Below are positions 20,066 to 29,034 of a stretch of 64,000 nucleotides of DNA, piece after piece; the first letter of the stretch is position 1; every line of letters starts with the position of its first letter. Below the pieces are notes generated by a model. That model was not told the DNA's origin, searched no databases, and saw only the letters and a list, made by a program, of their open reading frames with translations. Both the position numbers and the translations under genes were made by a program. The DNA is taken from IMG/VR virus record IMGVR_UViG_3300031963_000006, positions 1 through 64,000 of that record. One strand, 5' to 3'.

Positions 20066-20407
20066 TTAAAATCCCTTATAATATTTAACAGAATCTTCAA
20101 TCAATGATTTATTAGTTAATATAGAATTCTCAATCATACGGTTTACCGCTTGTACATATTTAGGTCTTTTAACTTTAAAACAAATATCAATTTTACGTTT
20201 TAAATCGGCAATTTCCGAATCATTTTCCGCAACACTGATAGAGTCCTCAAGATACCACATGCGACAATGTAAAATAGCCAATTTTTCAATCACCTCTCCT
20301 ATATTGTCAGTTTCAATTAAATCATCAGGAATGGTAACATTTTTACTATTAGTTAGTATCTGATTTACTTTATTTTTAATAATTTCTTCAATTCTCTCTC
20401 CAATCAT
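20066..20407 (-). CDS. DUF4254-like helical protein (sugar-cluster associated)
   Basis: IGEVIEKLAILHCRMWYLED...LKRKID resembles the DUF4254 core. Confidence 0.5.
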   Translation of the reverse strand: MIGERIEEIIKNKVNQILTNSKNVTIPDDLIETDNIGEVIEKLAILHCRMWYLEDSISVAENDSEIADLKRKIDICFKVKRPKYVQAVNRMIENSILTNKSLIEDSVKYYKGF

Positions 20408-20408
20408 T

Positions 20409-21071
20409 TTAATATATTGTTATAAATTTATTTTTACCTTGGCTATTCAATGATTCGTTGTAACCTCTGATATATTGGTGATAATAAAATGAAGGTTTTT
20501 CAAAAACATAAGAATTAATCAAACACTTAATACTTGATTCCATTATGTGTACCTCCTTTGAATTTTCAATTATTTTAAGAATATCAAAAATTCCAAATTC
20601 AATTGGATTTTCAATTATTTTTAAATCGGTTCTAATTTTATTTTTATCCACTTTACCGTGAACAAAAATGTATTCTTCATTGTTTGGATTAACATAATTA
20701 AAGGCGTCGTCTTCTTTATTAGGGTCTCTTAAAAATAAAAATTTAGAAAAACGATATTCAAATGGCATTTCTGATATTTTATAAAATGCCTCATCAAACT
20801 TTGTCATCGGGAATTTCATTAATTTATCAAATCCAATCTTAATTACGTCATATTGAATATTATTTTCAATAATATATCTGTTAACTTCCCAGTCTTCACC
20901 GACAGGTAATACTTTAATATCTTCGTCATCTCGGTACATATATTTGACATTTTCATAGTTATGTGGTTTACAAAAAACTATCACTTTACCATAAATTTCT
21001 TTATAATGTCTGACCATACCATTACATATTATATGGTCACCTAATCCTAAATGGTGATAAATATATTTCAT
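20409..21071 (-). CDS. putative glycosyltransferase (GT-B-like, HHLGLGD motif)
   Basis: YHHLGLGDHIICNG start (compare the GT9-type xGDxx motif) and a late HIMESS motif; sits inside the sugar cluster. Confidence 0.45.
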   Translation of the reverse strand: MKYIYHHLGLGDHIICNGMVRHYKEIYGKVIVFCKPHNYENVKYMYRDDEDIKVLPVGEDWEVNRYIIENNIQYDVIKIGFDKLMKFPMTKFDEAFYKISEMPFEYRFSKFLFLRDPNKEDDAFNYVNPNNEEYIFVHGKVDKNKIRTDLKIIENPIEFGIFDILKIIENSKEVHIMESSIKCLINSYVFEKPSFYYHQYIRGYNESLNSQGKNKFITIY

Positions 21072-21694
21072 TGTGCCCTGCTAAATAAATTATTCATGTC
21101 ATTTATAGTTTTTATATAATGAAAAGTAATATAATTTGAAGTATCGTCAACAGGGATATTATAAAAACTAGGTGGTTGAGAATTAAAAAAATTATAGTCA
21201 ATTGATTTTATACCTAATTCTCTTAATAATAAACCTAGTGTAACATCTGAATAACCTGTGTTTAAAATTTTTAAGTGTCTAGTTATTTTGTGTAATAATT
21301 CTGTGTGTATTAGATATCCCGCCCCTCCTGAACAATAATTAAGACTTTTATCAACAGACCAAGTACCATTAAGAACTGAGCCGTGAACTGAATCTTTATC
21401 CAAAAGGTCCACAAAATTTTCTAATTTTTTAGTATTAACAAATGTATCATCATCACAAAAGAAAAACCATTCATAATCTTTTACATTATTTGAGACATAA
21501 TGTAAAACATTAATATGTTTATCTTCATTTGAATGATAATCTTTTCTATCCGATACCTTAATTATGTTTTTTTCAGTATCTTCGTGGTCAGAATAGAACA
21601 AACAATTAACATCTTTACCCCAAGTTTTTTTAACATTAAAATATCTATCAGGATTCATAGACCCATGTAATAATACATATAATATCTTTTTCAT
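21068..21694 (-). CDS. Fringe/GT31-like glycosyltransferase (beta-1,3-Gal/GlcNAc transferase type)
   Basis: WFFFCDDDTFVN, YCSGGAGYLI, SDVTLGLLL and ITFHYI are Fringe/C1GalT-type motifs. No TM helix. Confidence 0.8.
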   Translation of the reverse strand: MKKILYVLLHGSMNPDRYFNVKKTWGKDVNCLFYSDHEDTEKNIIKVSDRKDYHSNEDKHINVLHYVSNNVKDYEWFFFCDDDTFVNTKKLENFVDLLDKDSVHGSVLNGTWSVDKSLNYCSGGAGYLIHTELLHKITRHLKILNTGYSDVTLGLLLRELGIKSIDYNFFNSQPPSFYNIPVDDTSNYITFHYIKTINDMNNLFSRAQ

Positions 21695-22350
21695 ATTACC
21701 GACAAATAATCTTGACCGACAGGTTTATCAAACTCATCAATTCTATCCCCAATAAATCTACCCATTTCTCTTTTAATCGGAAAAGGTTTTTTTTCAAAAA
21801 ATTCATCATGGGTAATTTTATCATTTTCAAATAAAGAAAAAACAGTTTTTAGAAAAGTTTGGTCTGAACCGTATGATAAATTTTTATTTTTTACAAAATC
21901 GTTTATCATATCAGTTATAGATATAAAACCTTTTTTAATTCCCCACATTCCCCCTAAAATACCTAATCTATCACTCCCGAAAGGAATTCCATGGGCAGGA
22001 TGGTCTCTCATAACATGTAAAGATTTTCCACTATTAATCCATTCATCAACCGCCATTTTTTCTCTAACAGTTATTCTTGAATCGGCATCTCTAAAAACAC
22101 AATATTCTGAGTCAGGTAAGTCTATTGCAAAAAATCTCCAAAACATCCCATAAAGTTTTTTTTCGGTTACATCGATTGTTAAAACTCCCAAATCGTTTAA
22201 TTTATTTATAGTTTCTTTTGGTACTGTATTATCATAATAAACGACCATTTGCCAATCTGAATATATGGTTTTCCATAATTCGGCATTTCTAATTGCCCCA
22301 ACATTATATATGGGTTTATCCCCCCATAAACTAAAACTCAAATATTTCAT
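21691..22350 (-). CDS. putative GT-A glycosyltransferase
   Basis: SFSLWG start, MFWRFFAID, VFRDADSR (DxD), HVMRDHPAH and ILGGMWG. Confidence 0.55.
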   Translation of the reverse strand: MKYLSFSLWGDKPIYNVGAIRNAELWKTIYSDWQMVVYYDNTVPKETINKLNDLGVLTIDVTEKKLYGMFWRFFAIDLPDSEYCVFRDADSRITVREKMAVDEWINSGKSLHVMRDHPAHGIPFGSDRLGILGGMWGIKKGFISITDMINDFVKNKNLSYGSDQTFLKTVFSLFENDKITHDEFFEKKPFPIKREMGRFIGDRIDEFDKPVGQDYLSVI

Positions 22351-23765
22351 TAATTCTCAACTAATTCTTTTATATTTTTATCAAAATCAACATAATGGTC
22401 TTGAGTTCCATGTGAATTCATTTGATAATGCTTTATTAACCCTTGAGTAATAAACGGATTATGTTTGTACATTAAACAATAAAAAGTTGTAGACCTTTCG
22501 TGTCCGTGACCTGCTGTTTTAGAGTGTTTAATTAATTCCGACAGAGGTTCAAACCACTTCATATAATCATTAAAAAATGATACTTTCATAGTACAATTAC
22601 TAGTGGTAGACCAAACCAACTTAGGGTTTTGTCTCATATAAAACCTAATTGTTTTTTCAAGGTCGACTTTATAAACCTGTTTGATTGCTCCAAATAATTC
22701 CTCAACCCAATTTTTATTATCTATAAAATGATAATTCGAACAAGGGAATGGTATGTAACCAATCATATTTTGATTTTCATACATAAATTTATCTATGATT
22801 TGTTCTAAATTTTTATTTAAAATAACATCATACTCAAATAGATTTACATATGGAGTTTTTATTAGGTTGTTTTTCCACAACGCATACCATCCTGTGTATG
22901 CATTTATATTTGGATACTCCTCTAAATTATATGGTAAATTACGAGCAATAATAATATTTGAATTATCCTCTATTTTATCAACAGGTCTATTACCTAAAAA
23001 GACATATCTATATTTTTTTAAATTACTAAATTTACCTGATTTTTCGTAATCAATTATAATATCTTGGTCGTGACAAAATATGAAAGTTTCACAAACATTA
23101 TTGTTAGTAATATCTAAAGGTAAATTATTTTTAAATTTTTCTGAGAAAAATATTCGATTATTTTCCCATGTATCATTTGTCATACCAACAGATAAGTGAG
23201 TAACCCTAACATCTGTAACAATTCCTATTTTAACACCATCTAAATAATTTGGAACACAAAACGACAAATCGTAAAAATGGAATCCATCGAATTCCTCATC
23301 AAATTTGTGTTTGATTTTTGTTTTATCCAAAACCATAAATAATCCATCAATCAATACAACCTCTTCAACATTACTAATTGCTTTTGAATAAGTACTAGTC
23401 CATTTTTTTCCTTCATGTTTATGGTTTACAATACCATACATTGTTTGAGATACTTCCCACCATTTACCTGATTCAGGTAAGTATTTAGAACCCGCGAGAC
23501 CAATTACACCAAATTCAGGACTCTTATTAAAATGTTTTATTATTTTTTTACCCCAATTATCCGTATCAAATTCTAAATCATCGTGACACAACACTACAAT
23601 GTCATGTTGTGATTTTTCTAAAATTTCATTATAAGTTTTAGGTAGGGATTTTTCACCATTATTAACAACTTCAATAATTTCAACATTTTTCAATCCACAA
23701 GATTTTTTCAATATTTCAACATATTGTGGATTTGAGTTTCTTGTACTATATCCTATTGTAATCAT
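22350..23765 (-). CDS. two-domain glycosyltransferase (N-terminal GT2-like; second GT-like domain)
   Basis: SLPKTYNEILEKS..DIVVLCHDDL and FDEEFDGFHFYDLSFC in the first domain; YTGWYALWKN...YVNLFEYD in the second. Confidence 0.7.
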   Translation of the reverse strand: MITIGYSTRNSNPQYVEILKKSCGLKNVEIIEVVNNGEKSLPKTYNEILEKSQHDIVVLCHDDLEFDTDNWGKKIIKHFNKSPEFGVIGLAGSKYLPESGKWWEVSQTMYGIVNHKHEGKKWTSTYSKAISNVEEVVLIDGLFMVLDKTKIKHKFDEEFDGFHFYDLSFCVPNYLDGVKIGIVTDVRVTHLSVGMTNDTWENNRIFFSEKFKNNLPLDITNNNVCETFIFCHDQDIIIDYEKSGKFSNLKKYRYVFLGNRPVDKIEDNSNIIIARNLPYNLEEYPNINAYTGWYALWKNNLIKTPYVNLFEYDVILNKNLEQIIDKFMYENQNMIGYIPFPCSNYHFIDNKNWVEELFGAIKQVYKVDLEKTIRFYMRQNPKLVWSTTSNCTMKVSFFNDYMKWFEPLSELIKHSKTAGHGHERSTTFYCLMYKHNPFITQGLIKHYQMNSHGTQDHYVDFDKNIKELVEN

Positions 23766-24358
23766 ATCCCTGTACTCCCAAAACCGTTATTACCTCTATC
23801 CTTGTTTATTTCTTCTTTGGTTTCTTGTAAATTGACCCATTTTCCGTTAACGACTGGACACAAAACTGCTTGACCTATTTTTGTATCTTTATTTATTGTG
23901 TACGCATAACTATTTGTATTGAAAATAATAACTTGTATCTCACCGGTATATCCATTATCAACAGTTCCAGGGGAATTCATAACAAATAAACCTTGGTTTA
24001 TCGCCAAACCACTTTTAGACCTAACTTGTATTTCATACCCATCTTTAATATCGAATGATAAACCCGTTCTAACTAAACCCCTACCCAAAGGTTGAATAGT
24101 TGTGTCCTCCGTTGCGTATAAATCAAATCCAGAATCGGATGGATAGTTGTAAAAAGGGTCCTTTGCCTCAGGGCGTAACTTCTTATAATTTAAAGTTATC
24201 TTTGGGGTATAATTCAAGATATCATTTTCAAGTTCCTTAACATCAACCCCCGTAACTTTTAAAATCTCATCATAATCAAAATCATAACTGTTATCGGAAA
24301 GTAATTCTTTAATTTTTTCCGATTCTTCTTTTGACATTCCAAAAAAGTCTAAACTCAT
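23762..24358 (-). CDS. dut: trimeric dUTPase with acidic N-terminal extension
   Basis: SGFDL, RSKSGLA, GTVDNGYTGEI, KIGQAV and RGNNGFGSTG (motifs 1-5). Confidence 0.95.
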   Translation of the reverse strand: MSLDFFGMSKEESEKIKELLSDNSYDFDYDEILKVTGVDVKELENDILNYTPKITLNYKKLRPEAKDPFYNYPSDSGFDLYATEDTTIQPLGRGLVRTGLSFDIKDGYEIQVRSKSGLAINQGLFVMNSPGTVDNGYTGEIQVIIFNTNSYAYTINKDTKIGQAVLCPVVNGKWVNLQETKEEINKDRGNNGFGSTGI

Positions 24359-25083
24359 TTTAATTCTTTTAATTTTTTTATTATATCAATCAAAACTTGA
24401 ACATCACGTTCACAATATTCACTTATTTCTTTTAATTTTCTATCAATCCAATATGAATCATGAACCATATCTCCTGTTATCTCACCTTCTTTTGATGTTG
24501 GTATGTCCATACAAGAACAAAGCAAATCTAATGACCCTATTGAACTATACGCCCCATATTGCCAAATTTCCTTGGTATCGATTGCCTTAATCTCCCAAGG
24601 CTTTGTGTCATATGAAGGTAGAATTGATGGGGGCATTAGACCATTGATAATCATACGTTTGGCTAACATGGGTATATCAAAATTTTTAAGATTATGACCA
24701 CATAAGTGAAAATCCAATTTACCACATCTGTCCAATAATTTTTGAACATCCTTTAGTAACTCTAACTCATCGTCACCTGAAAATGTTTGCATTTTCGTTT
24801 CACCCTTGTCTGTAACAAATGCAACACTAACACAAACAATCTTTGAAAATTCTGGAACTAACGCGGCTCTTTTTGCAAATATTTTATCTCGTTTTTTTTC
24901 CTCCTGTTCTATATTACTTACCGTATTATCATCTTCAGGAAATCTTTTTAAAAACCAATCATAGTAATTTATAAATTGAGTTGCCACTTTAGGATTTAAT
25001 GCCTGACATGTAGTGAAATCAGGACATCCCCCAACCGTTTCAATATCAATGAATAATATTTTGGTGATAGGGATTTTTATCAT
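24355..25083 (-). CDS. stand-alone DnaQ/PolB-like 3'-5' exonuclease
   Basis: FIDIET (ExoI), GHNLKNFDIPML (ExoII) and EYCERDV (ExoIII). Confidence 0.85.
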   Translation of the reverse strand: MIKIPITKILFIDIETVGGCPDFTTCQALNPKVATQFINYYDWFLKRFPEDDNTVSNIEQEEKKRDKIFAKRAALVPEFSKIVCVSVAFVTDKGETKMQTFSGDDELELLKDVQKLLDRCGKLDFHLCGHNLKNFDIPMLAKRMIINGLMPPSILPSYDTKPWEIKAIDTKEIWQYGAYSSIGSLDLLCSCMDIPTSKEGEITGDMVHDSYWIDRKLKEISEYCERDVQVLIDIIKKLKELK

Positions 25084-26300
25084 TGTACCAAAGTTTTATA
25101 CCATTCAGCTCTATTTTTTGTAACGTTTCTCAAATCATAAGTGTCCTTTACAGTTTCATAAAGTCGTTCACCCATGTCGGTAATCATACTTGGATTTTGA
25201 ATGAGTTTCTTAATGTACTTAGACCAATCACTATGATTTTTATGTTCATCAACAAGTAAAGCGTTTCCATCAACAAAGTTACCATTTTTCAAACAATGTT
25301 TCAAATCTATGGTATATGGTCCAATCTCAGAAGCAATAAGTGCCTTTTTATAAAAACCCGCTTCGATAACCTTAAGTTGAGATTTCATTCTATTAAAGAT
25401 ATGGTTTTTGATTGGGGCCAACGAAATGTCCAACTTAGAGTAGTTCATTGCGTATGTAGTTACAGGTTTTGTCCAAACTCTACGATATGGTAAACTAGTT
25501 TCATTTGGGAATTCAACATCTTTAAATTCCATCAAAAATTTCTTATACTCGTCACCAACAATTTCGTACTTGTTTGTGAAAATTTCTTCATATCTAACCC
25601 AAACAGTTTCGTGAGGAAGAATATCTCTACGTTTTTCTTCTCCTGTTTTTGGATTAATTTCGGTCATTGTACCACGAGTATCAAACCCACAAATAACATA
25701 CTGAACTTTATCATTTATTTCTTTCCCATTTTTCTCAACCATTCCATCCAATAACATTAAATCATGGAGGTGTGAGGAACCACCTAGCCATCCTACTCTA
25801 ATTCTTTCGGATTCTAATGTTGGTTGTCTGAATTGAGGTTCACTTGGGTCAATGGCATTTGGGAAAATAATAACATTTTTGTTTATTTTCTTGATTTCAT
25901 CGGCAAAAATTGTTGTTGTGGTTGTTACGTAACTAGCCTCACGTAGATTGGCAACAATCTTTTCGTTCAATTTATGATTAACAATTAACTGATGAATTGG
26001 ATGTTCCTTTGTAGGTAACCAATAATCGTCAATATCCACAACAACGATAATACCTAATGATTTAAGTTGTCGGATGAGTTGGGGTACAATATCGTAGTTT
26101 TGTCCTATACTTCTGTGAGCGTGAACTATTTGGTATTGTTTCCAATAATTTACATCGTTTATTCTTGGTTCATAATCTATATCAACATGAAAATCATCAG
26201 GATATAGATTTTGTAACATGACATGAGGGTCCAATGACCTAAATTTACCAACACCTGTTCTATCCGATGGTAGAACTAAAACATTAATTTTTTCTTTCAT
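25080..26300 (-). CDS. GT-B (GT4-like) glycosyltransferase
   Basis: VVVDIDDYW, VTTTT..FA, PNAID, GWLGGSSHLHD and DISLAPI....FNRMKSQLKVIEAG. ATG at 26300 (MKEKINVL) preferred over track start 26348. Confidence 0.8.
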   Translation of the reverse strand: MKEKINVLVLPSDRTGVGKFRSLDPHVMLQNLYPDDFHVDIDYEPRINDVNYWKQYQIVHAHRSIGQNYDIVPQLIRQLKSLGIIVVVDIDDYWLPTKEHPIHQLIVNHKLNEKIVANLREASYVTTTTTIFADEIKKINKNVIIFPNAIDPSEPQFRQPTLESERIRVGWLGGSSHLHDLMLLDGMVEKNGKEINDKVQYVICGFDTRGTMTEINPKTGEEKRRDILPHETVWVRYEEIFTNKYEIVGDEYKKFLMEFKDVEFPNETSLPYRRVWTKPVTTYAMNYSKLDISLAPIKNHIFNRMKSQLKVIEAGFYKKALIASEIGPYTIDLKHCLKNGNFVDGNALLVDEHKNHSDWSKYIKKLIQNPSMITDMGERLYETVKDTYDLRNVTKNRAEWYKTLVQ

Positions 26301-26353
26301 AATTAAAAATAATAATGAAAGTATACGACGAAAATTACATTTTATCAACTATG

Positions 26354-26360
26354 ATAAATA
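26354..26360 (-). promoter_or_regulatory. TATTTAT motif just after the terminator, upstream of the sugar/DNA-metabolism run
   Basis: Plus strand ATAAATA at 26354-26360. Confidence 0.3.
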
Positions 26361-26386
26361 AAAAAACCCCCACATTTGTGAGGGTT
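26360..26386 (-). terminator. intrinsic (rho-independent) terminator
   Basis: Minus strand AACCCTCAC-AAAT-GTGGGGGTT forms a stem with one G-U pair, followed by a T-run; just downstream of the 26392..26979 stop. Confidence 0.7.
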
Positions 26387-26391
26387 AAAGA

Positions 26392-26979
26392 TTACTGTAT
26401 TTTTTTCACTTTCGTGACTTTTCCTTCGAATATATGTTTCCCTACTTTAAATGAAAATACATCGTTAGTTTTCGAAACAGATTCCGTTATCATACCATTT
26501 TCAGATAATACTTCTTGAACAACTTCTTTAAGTAGACTTCTAAGATTTTGATTATCAAGGATATTTTCTCTATGAGAGGTTGTTTCTTTAACCACGCCTT
26601 TACCTTGATATCCGTTCCCGTCTGAACCTAAACTCATAAGACGAGCCGCTTTATCAACAAGTTCGTTTGATAATGTTGGTCCGCCCATGTTGTTTGGTTG
26701 AGAAATTGGATGTTCAATCATTAATTTTTTAATTTCATCGGGCAATTTTGATGATAAAATCTTATCTTGTGTTACGGGTTGTTGTGGTTTTGGCTGGTAT
26801 GTACTTTCTTGTACTAAATCCTGTGGTAAGTTATATTTGGCCGATGGGGCGTCATATGATTCTACCATCGGAGTGTTAACGTCAGGTAAAGCGTCCGCTC
26901 TACGTGGGATTGTATTGTGTTTTTCCATTATCTTTTTGGAAATCATCAATTTTTGTATTAAGTCGTTCTCGTTTGTCAT
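26392..26979 (-). CDS. hypothetical protein, putative head-associated
   Basis: 195 aa; C-terminal LRSLLKEVVQEVLSE..MITES motif. Confidence 0.7.
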   Translation of the reverse strand: MTNENDLIQKLMISKKIMEKHNTIPRRADALPDVNTPMVESYDAPSAKYNLPQDLVQESTYQPKPQQPVTQDKILSSKLPDEIKKLMIEHPISQPNNMGGPTLSNELVDKAARLMSLGSDGNGYQGKGVVKETTSHRENILDNQNLRSLLKEVVQEVLSENGMITESVSKTNDVFSFKVGKHIFEGKVTKVKKIQ

Positions 26980-26988
26980 AATTTAAAC

Positions 26989-27390
26989 TTATTGGGTAAA
27001 TTCACTATTATCAAATATTGCGTTAACAATGACTCTTACCATACTTTTATCCCCATTTGGATTGTAGTTTGGCCTAGGGGTGTTGAACTTTTCGTTTGTA
27101 GGTTTGAAGGATAGAATTTTATCAACTCTAAACAATCTCCAACCAGGTAAGGGTTGTTCTCCTTTATATGCGGTATGTGAAGCTCCTTGATAATCCCAAG
27201 CTCTTAATACGGGGTTATCTGCTTTACTATAACCAAAACAAACAGGTTCAATCTCTCTAAGACCTCTACCACCTGGTTCATCACCATCGTAGTAAATAAC
27301 AATCTTATTTCTTTTTTTAATAGCATCAACAATAGAGTCAATTGACGCTATTTCTAAAATAAGAGACTTTGTAACGTTGTAAAGTTTCAT
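26989..27390 (-). CDS. stand-alone WYL-domain protein
   Basis: IVDAIKKRNKIVIYY...LREIEPVCFG...VLRAWD...WRLFRVDKI is the WYL SH3-like signature. Confidence 0.8.
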   Translation of the reverse strand: MKLYNVTKSLILEIASIDSIVDAIKKRNKIVIYYDGDEPGGRGLREIEPVCFGYSKADNPVLRAWDYQGASHTAYKGEQPLPGWRLFRVDKILSFKPTNEKFNTPRPNYNPNGDKSMVRVIVNAIFDNSEFTQ

Positions 27391-27683
27391 TACGCCGATG
27401 GAGTCGTGTATGGATTATTCGGTTGATATTCATTAACCTTTATTTCTGCTTTCCTTTCAACTATATCTTGAATTGCACCTGCTTGTTGATTATAAACATC
27501 TAAGAATATACCAGTTCCTTTACCTTGTTCATCACCATCAGCTAAAGCGTCAGGATTTACAGATGAATATTCATATTGTTTATTGAAATCATTTTTGGTT
27601 AATAATTTTTTTCTTTCAATGTCTGCAATTGACGACAACTCATTACTCGGTTGGTCAAAACTAAGTGGTTCTACGTTTGGCAT
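27390..27683 (-). CDS. hypothetical protein, 97 aa
   Basis: Stop/start coupled with the WYL gene; contains acidic DALADGDEQGKG. Confidence 0.7.
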   Translation of the reverse strand: MPNVEPLSFDQPSNELSSIADIERKKLLTKNDFNKQYEYSSVNPDALADGDEQGKGTGIFLDVYNQQAGAIQDIVERKAEIKVNEYQPNNPYTTPSA

Positions 27684-27687
27684 ATTA

Positions 27688-28158
27688 TTAAATTATTTTT
27701 TTTATTAAATCGTTTATTCTTTTTAGACTTTCAGTAACTTCCAAATCATAAAATTCAACATTTGACTTATGACTTTTACTAGACCTATTTGCACTGTCCA
27801 ATCCATCTTTCTCATGTGTTTGTATATATTGATTAGGTAAAACTTCAGATTTAACTTTTTTTCCCAAATCAACATCAGTTCTCATTGAGCCTAAGGTTCT
27901 ATTTACCCATTCTTTAACATAATGACCTCCATTTAATATAAATGGTAAATCATTCTCACGACCATTAAAATTATCAAAGAAGTTTTTCATTCTTTTTAAT
28001 TGTTGGTATGTAACTTCTTTTGAATCTCTTAATTCAATATTCCTACGATATCCTTCGGTTGTTTCATCAGCACCTTCAGCCGCCCCGTAACATTGTTCGA
28101 GATAACCAACCACATCCTCAGGTAGAGGTACTTTATGTCCGTATAAATCCTTATTCAT
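27688..28158 (-). CDS. hypothetical phage protein
   Basis: 156 aa with LKRMKNFFD...LNGG core and C-terminal VTESLKRINDLIKKII. Confidence 0.7.
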   Translation of the reverse strand: MNKDLYGHKVPLPEDVVGYLEQCYGAAEGADETTEGYRRNIELRDSKEVTYQQLKRMKNFFDNFNGRENDLPFILNGGHYVKEWVNRTLGSMRTDVDLGKKVKSEVLPNQYIQTHEKDGLDSANRSSKSHKSNVEFYDLEVTESLKRINDLIKKII

Positions 28159-28984
28159 TGTTCTTTAACGCCTTCATTAATTGTGTTAAACTAATTCCTT
28201 CTTTTTCAGCAAGTTTTTTAATTGATTTTAAATTATTCATTAATAATTTGCTAAGTGTTGAGTCTTTACCAACAACATCTGACTCATCTTTTGATTTTTT
28301 GGTGATGATATCCTCAACCATTTTAACCATTTTTTGTTTTTGGATTTCTGTCAGAGTATCTTTCTCAACGATTCTTTGTTTTAATTTACCGTTCTTCTTT
28401 TTTACGTTTTTAATTTTACCAAATTGTTTAGTTCTTTCAACCGCATTGTCCACTCCCATATCTTTTAGAGTTTTAACACTGTCTTTGAAATCTTTATCTT
28501 TAGTTTCTTCATATCCAAACGCATCCTCCATATTAACTTCAGAAACAACATTATCATCTTTTTCCTCACTTTCACCCCAATACACACGGTAACCTCTTGT
28601 TACAGGGTCGTTTGTTACCCTTGACATTGCAATGGTTTGGTCTGTAGTTTTTTTAGGGTGTAATGTCATATCTAATGGCGGAATCTTGGAACCCAACATT
28701 GTTCCGTCCGCATCAATAATCTCATCAATCTCACCATCTTCTTCAATCGAATTTAAAGCGTTATCGACATTTTTCTTACTCAATTTTTGTTTTGAGTTTA
28801 AAATTTTCTCGATAGTTTTTTTCAACTTATTTTCGTGTTTTTTATTGAACACTTTTTTTTCATCTTTTTTTCGTGATTCTGTCAAAGTTTCTGCAATTGT
28901 ATAATATAAAGAAATTGTCTCTCCTCTATCTTTCAAGAAGAAATAACGACCATTACTAAAATATTCGGTATTGTAATTAATCAT
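28151..28984 (-). CDS. Lys/Glu-rich hypothetical phage protein
   Basis: 277 aa; 8-nt overlap with the next gene. Confidence 0.7.
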   Translation of the reverse strand: MINYNTEYFSNGRYFFLKDRGETISLYYTIAETLTESRKKDEKKVFNKKHENKLKKTIEKILNSKQKLSKKNVDNALNSIEEDGEIDEIIDADGTMLGSKIPPLDMTLHPKKTTDQTIAMSRVTNDPVTRGYRVYWGESEEKDDNVVSEVNMEDAFGYEETKDKDFKDSVKTLKDMGVDNAVERTKQFGKIKNVKKKNGKLKQRIVEKDTLTEIQKQKMVKMVEDIITKKSKDESDVVGKDSTLSKLLMNNLKSIKKLAEKEGISLTQLMKALKNNE

Positions 28985-28995
28985 ATCTTTTTACA

Positions 28996-29022
28996 ATAAA
29001 TACTTCGTTACAATGTATTTAT
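28996..29022. promoter_or_regulatory. back-to-back GTATTTAT motifs (putative divergent late promoters)
   Basis: ATAAATAC (28996-29003), an 11-nt spacer, then GTATTTAT (29015-29022). Each ends 11-12 nt before its divergent ATG (28984 minus, 29035 plus). Confidence 0.55.
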
Positions 29023-29034
29023 CAATAAAAAAGA

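Noticed and set aside
12776-26300. Host O-antigen/capsule locus or serotype-conversion cassette
   Set aside because: No flippase, polymerase, GtrAB-type or membrane-bound GTs, and the genes are interleaved with PhoH, dUTPase and an exonuclease. It is not fully excluded without experiments.
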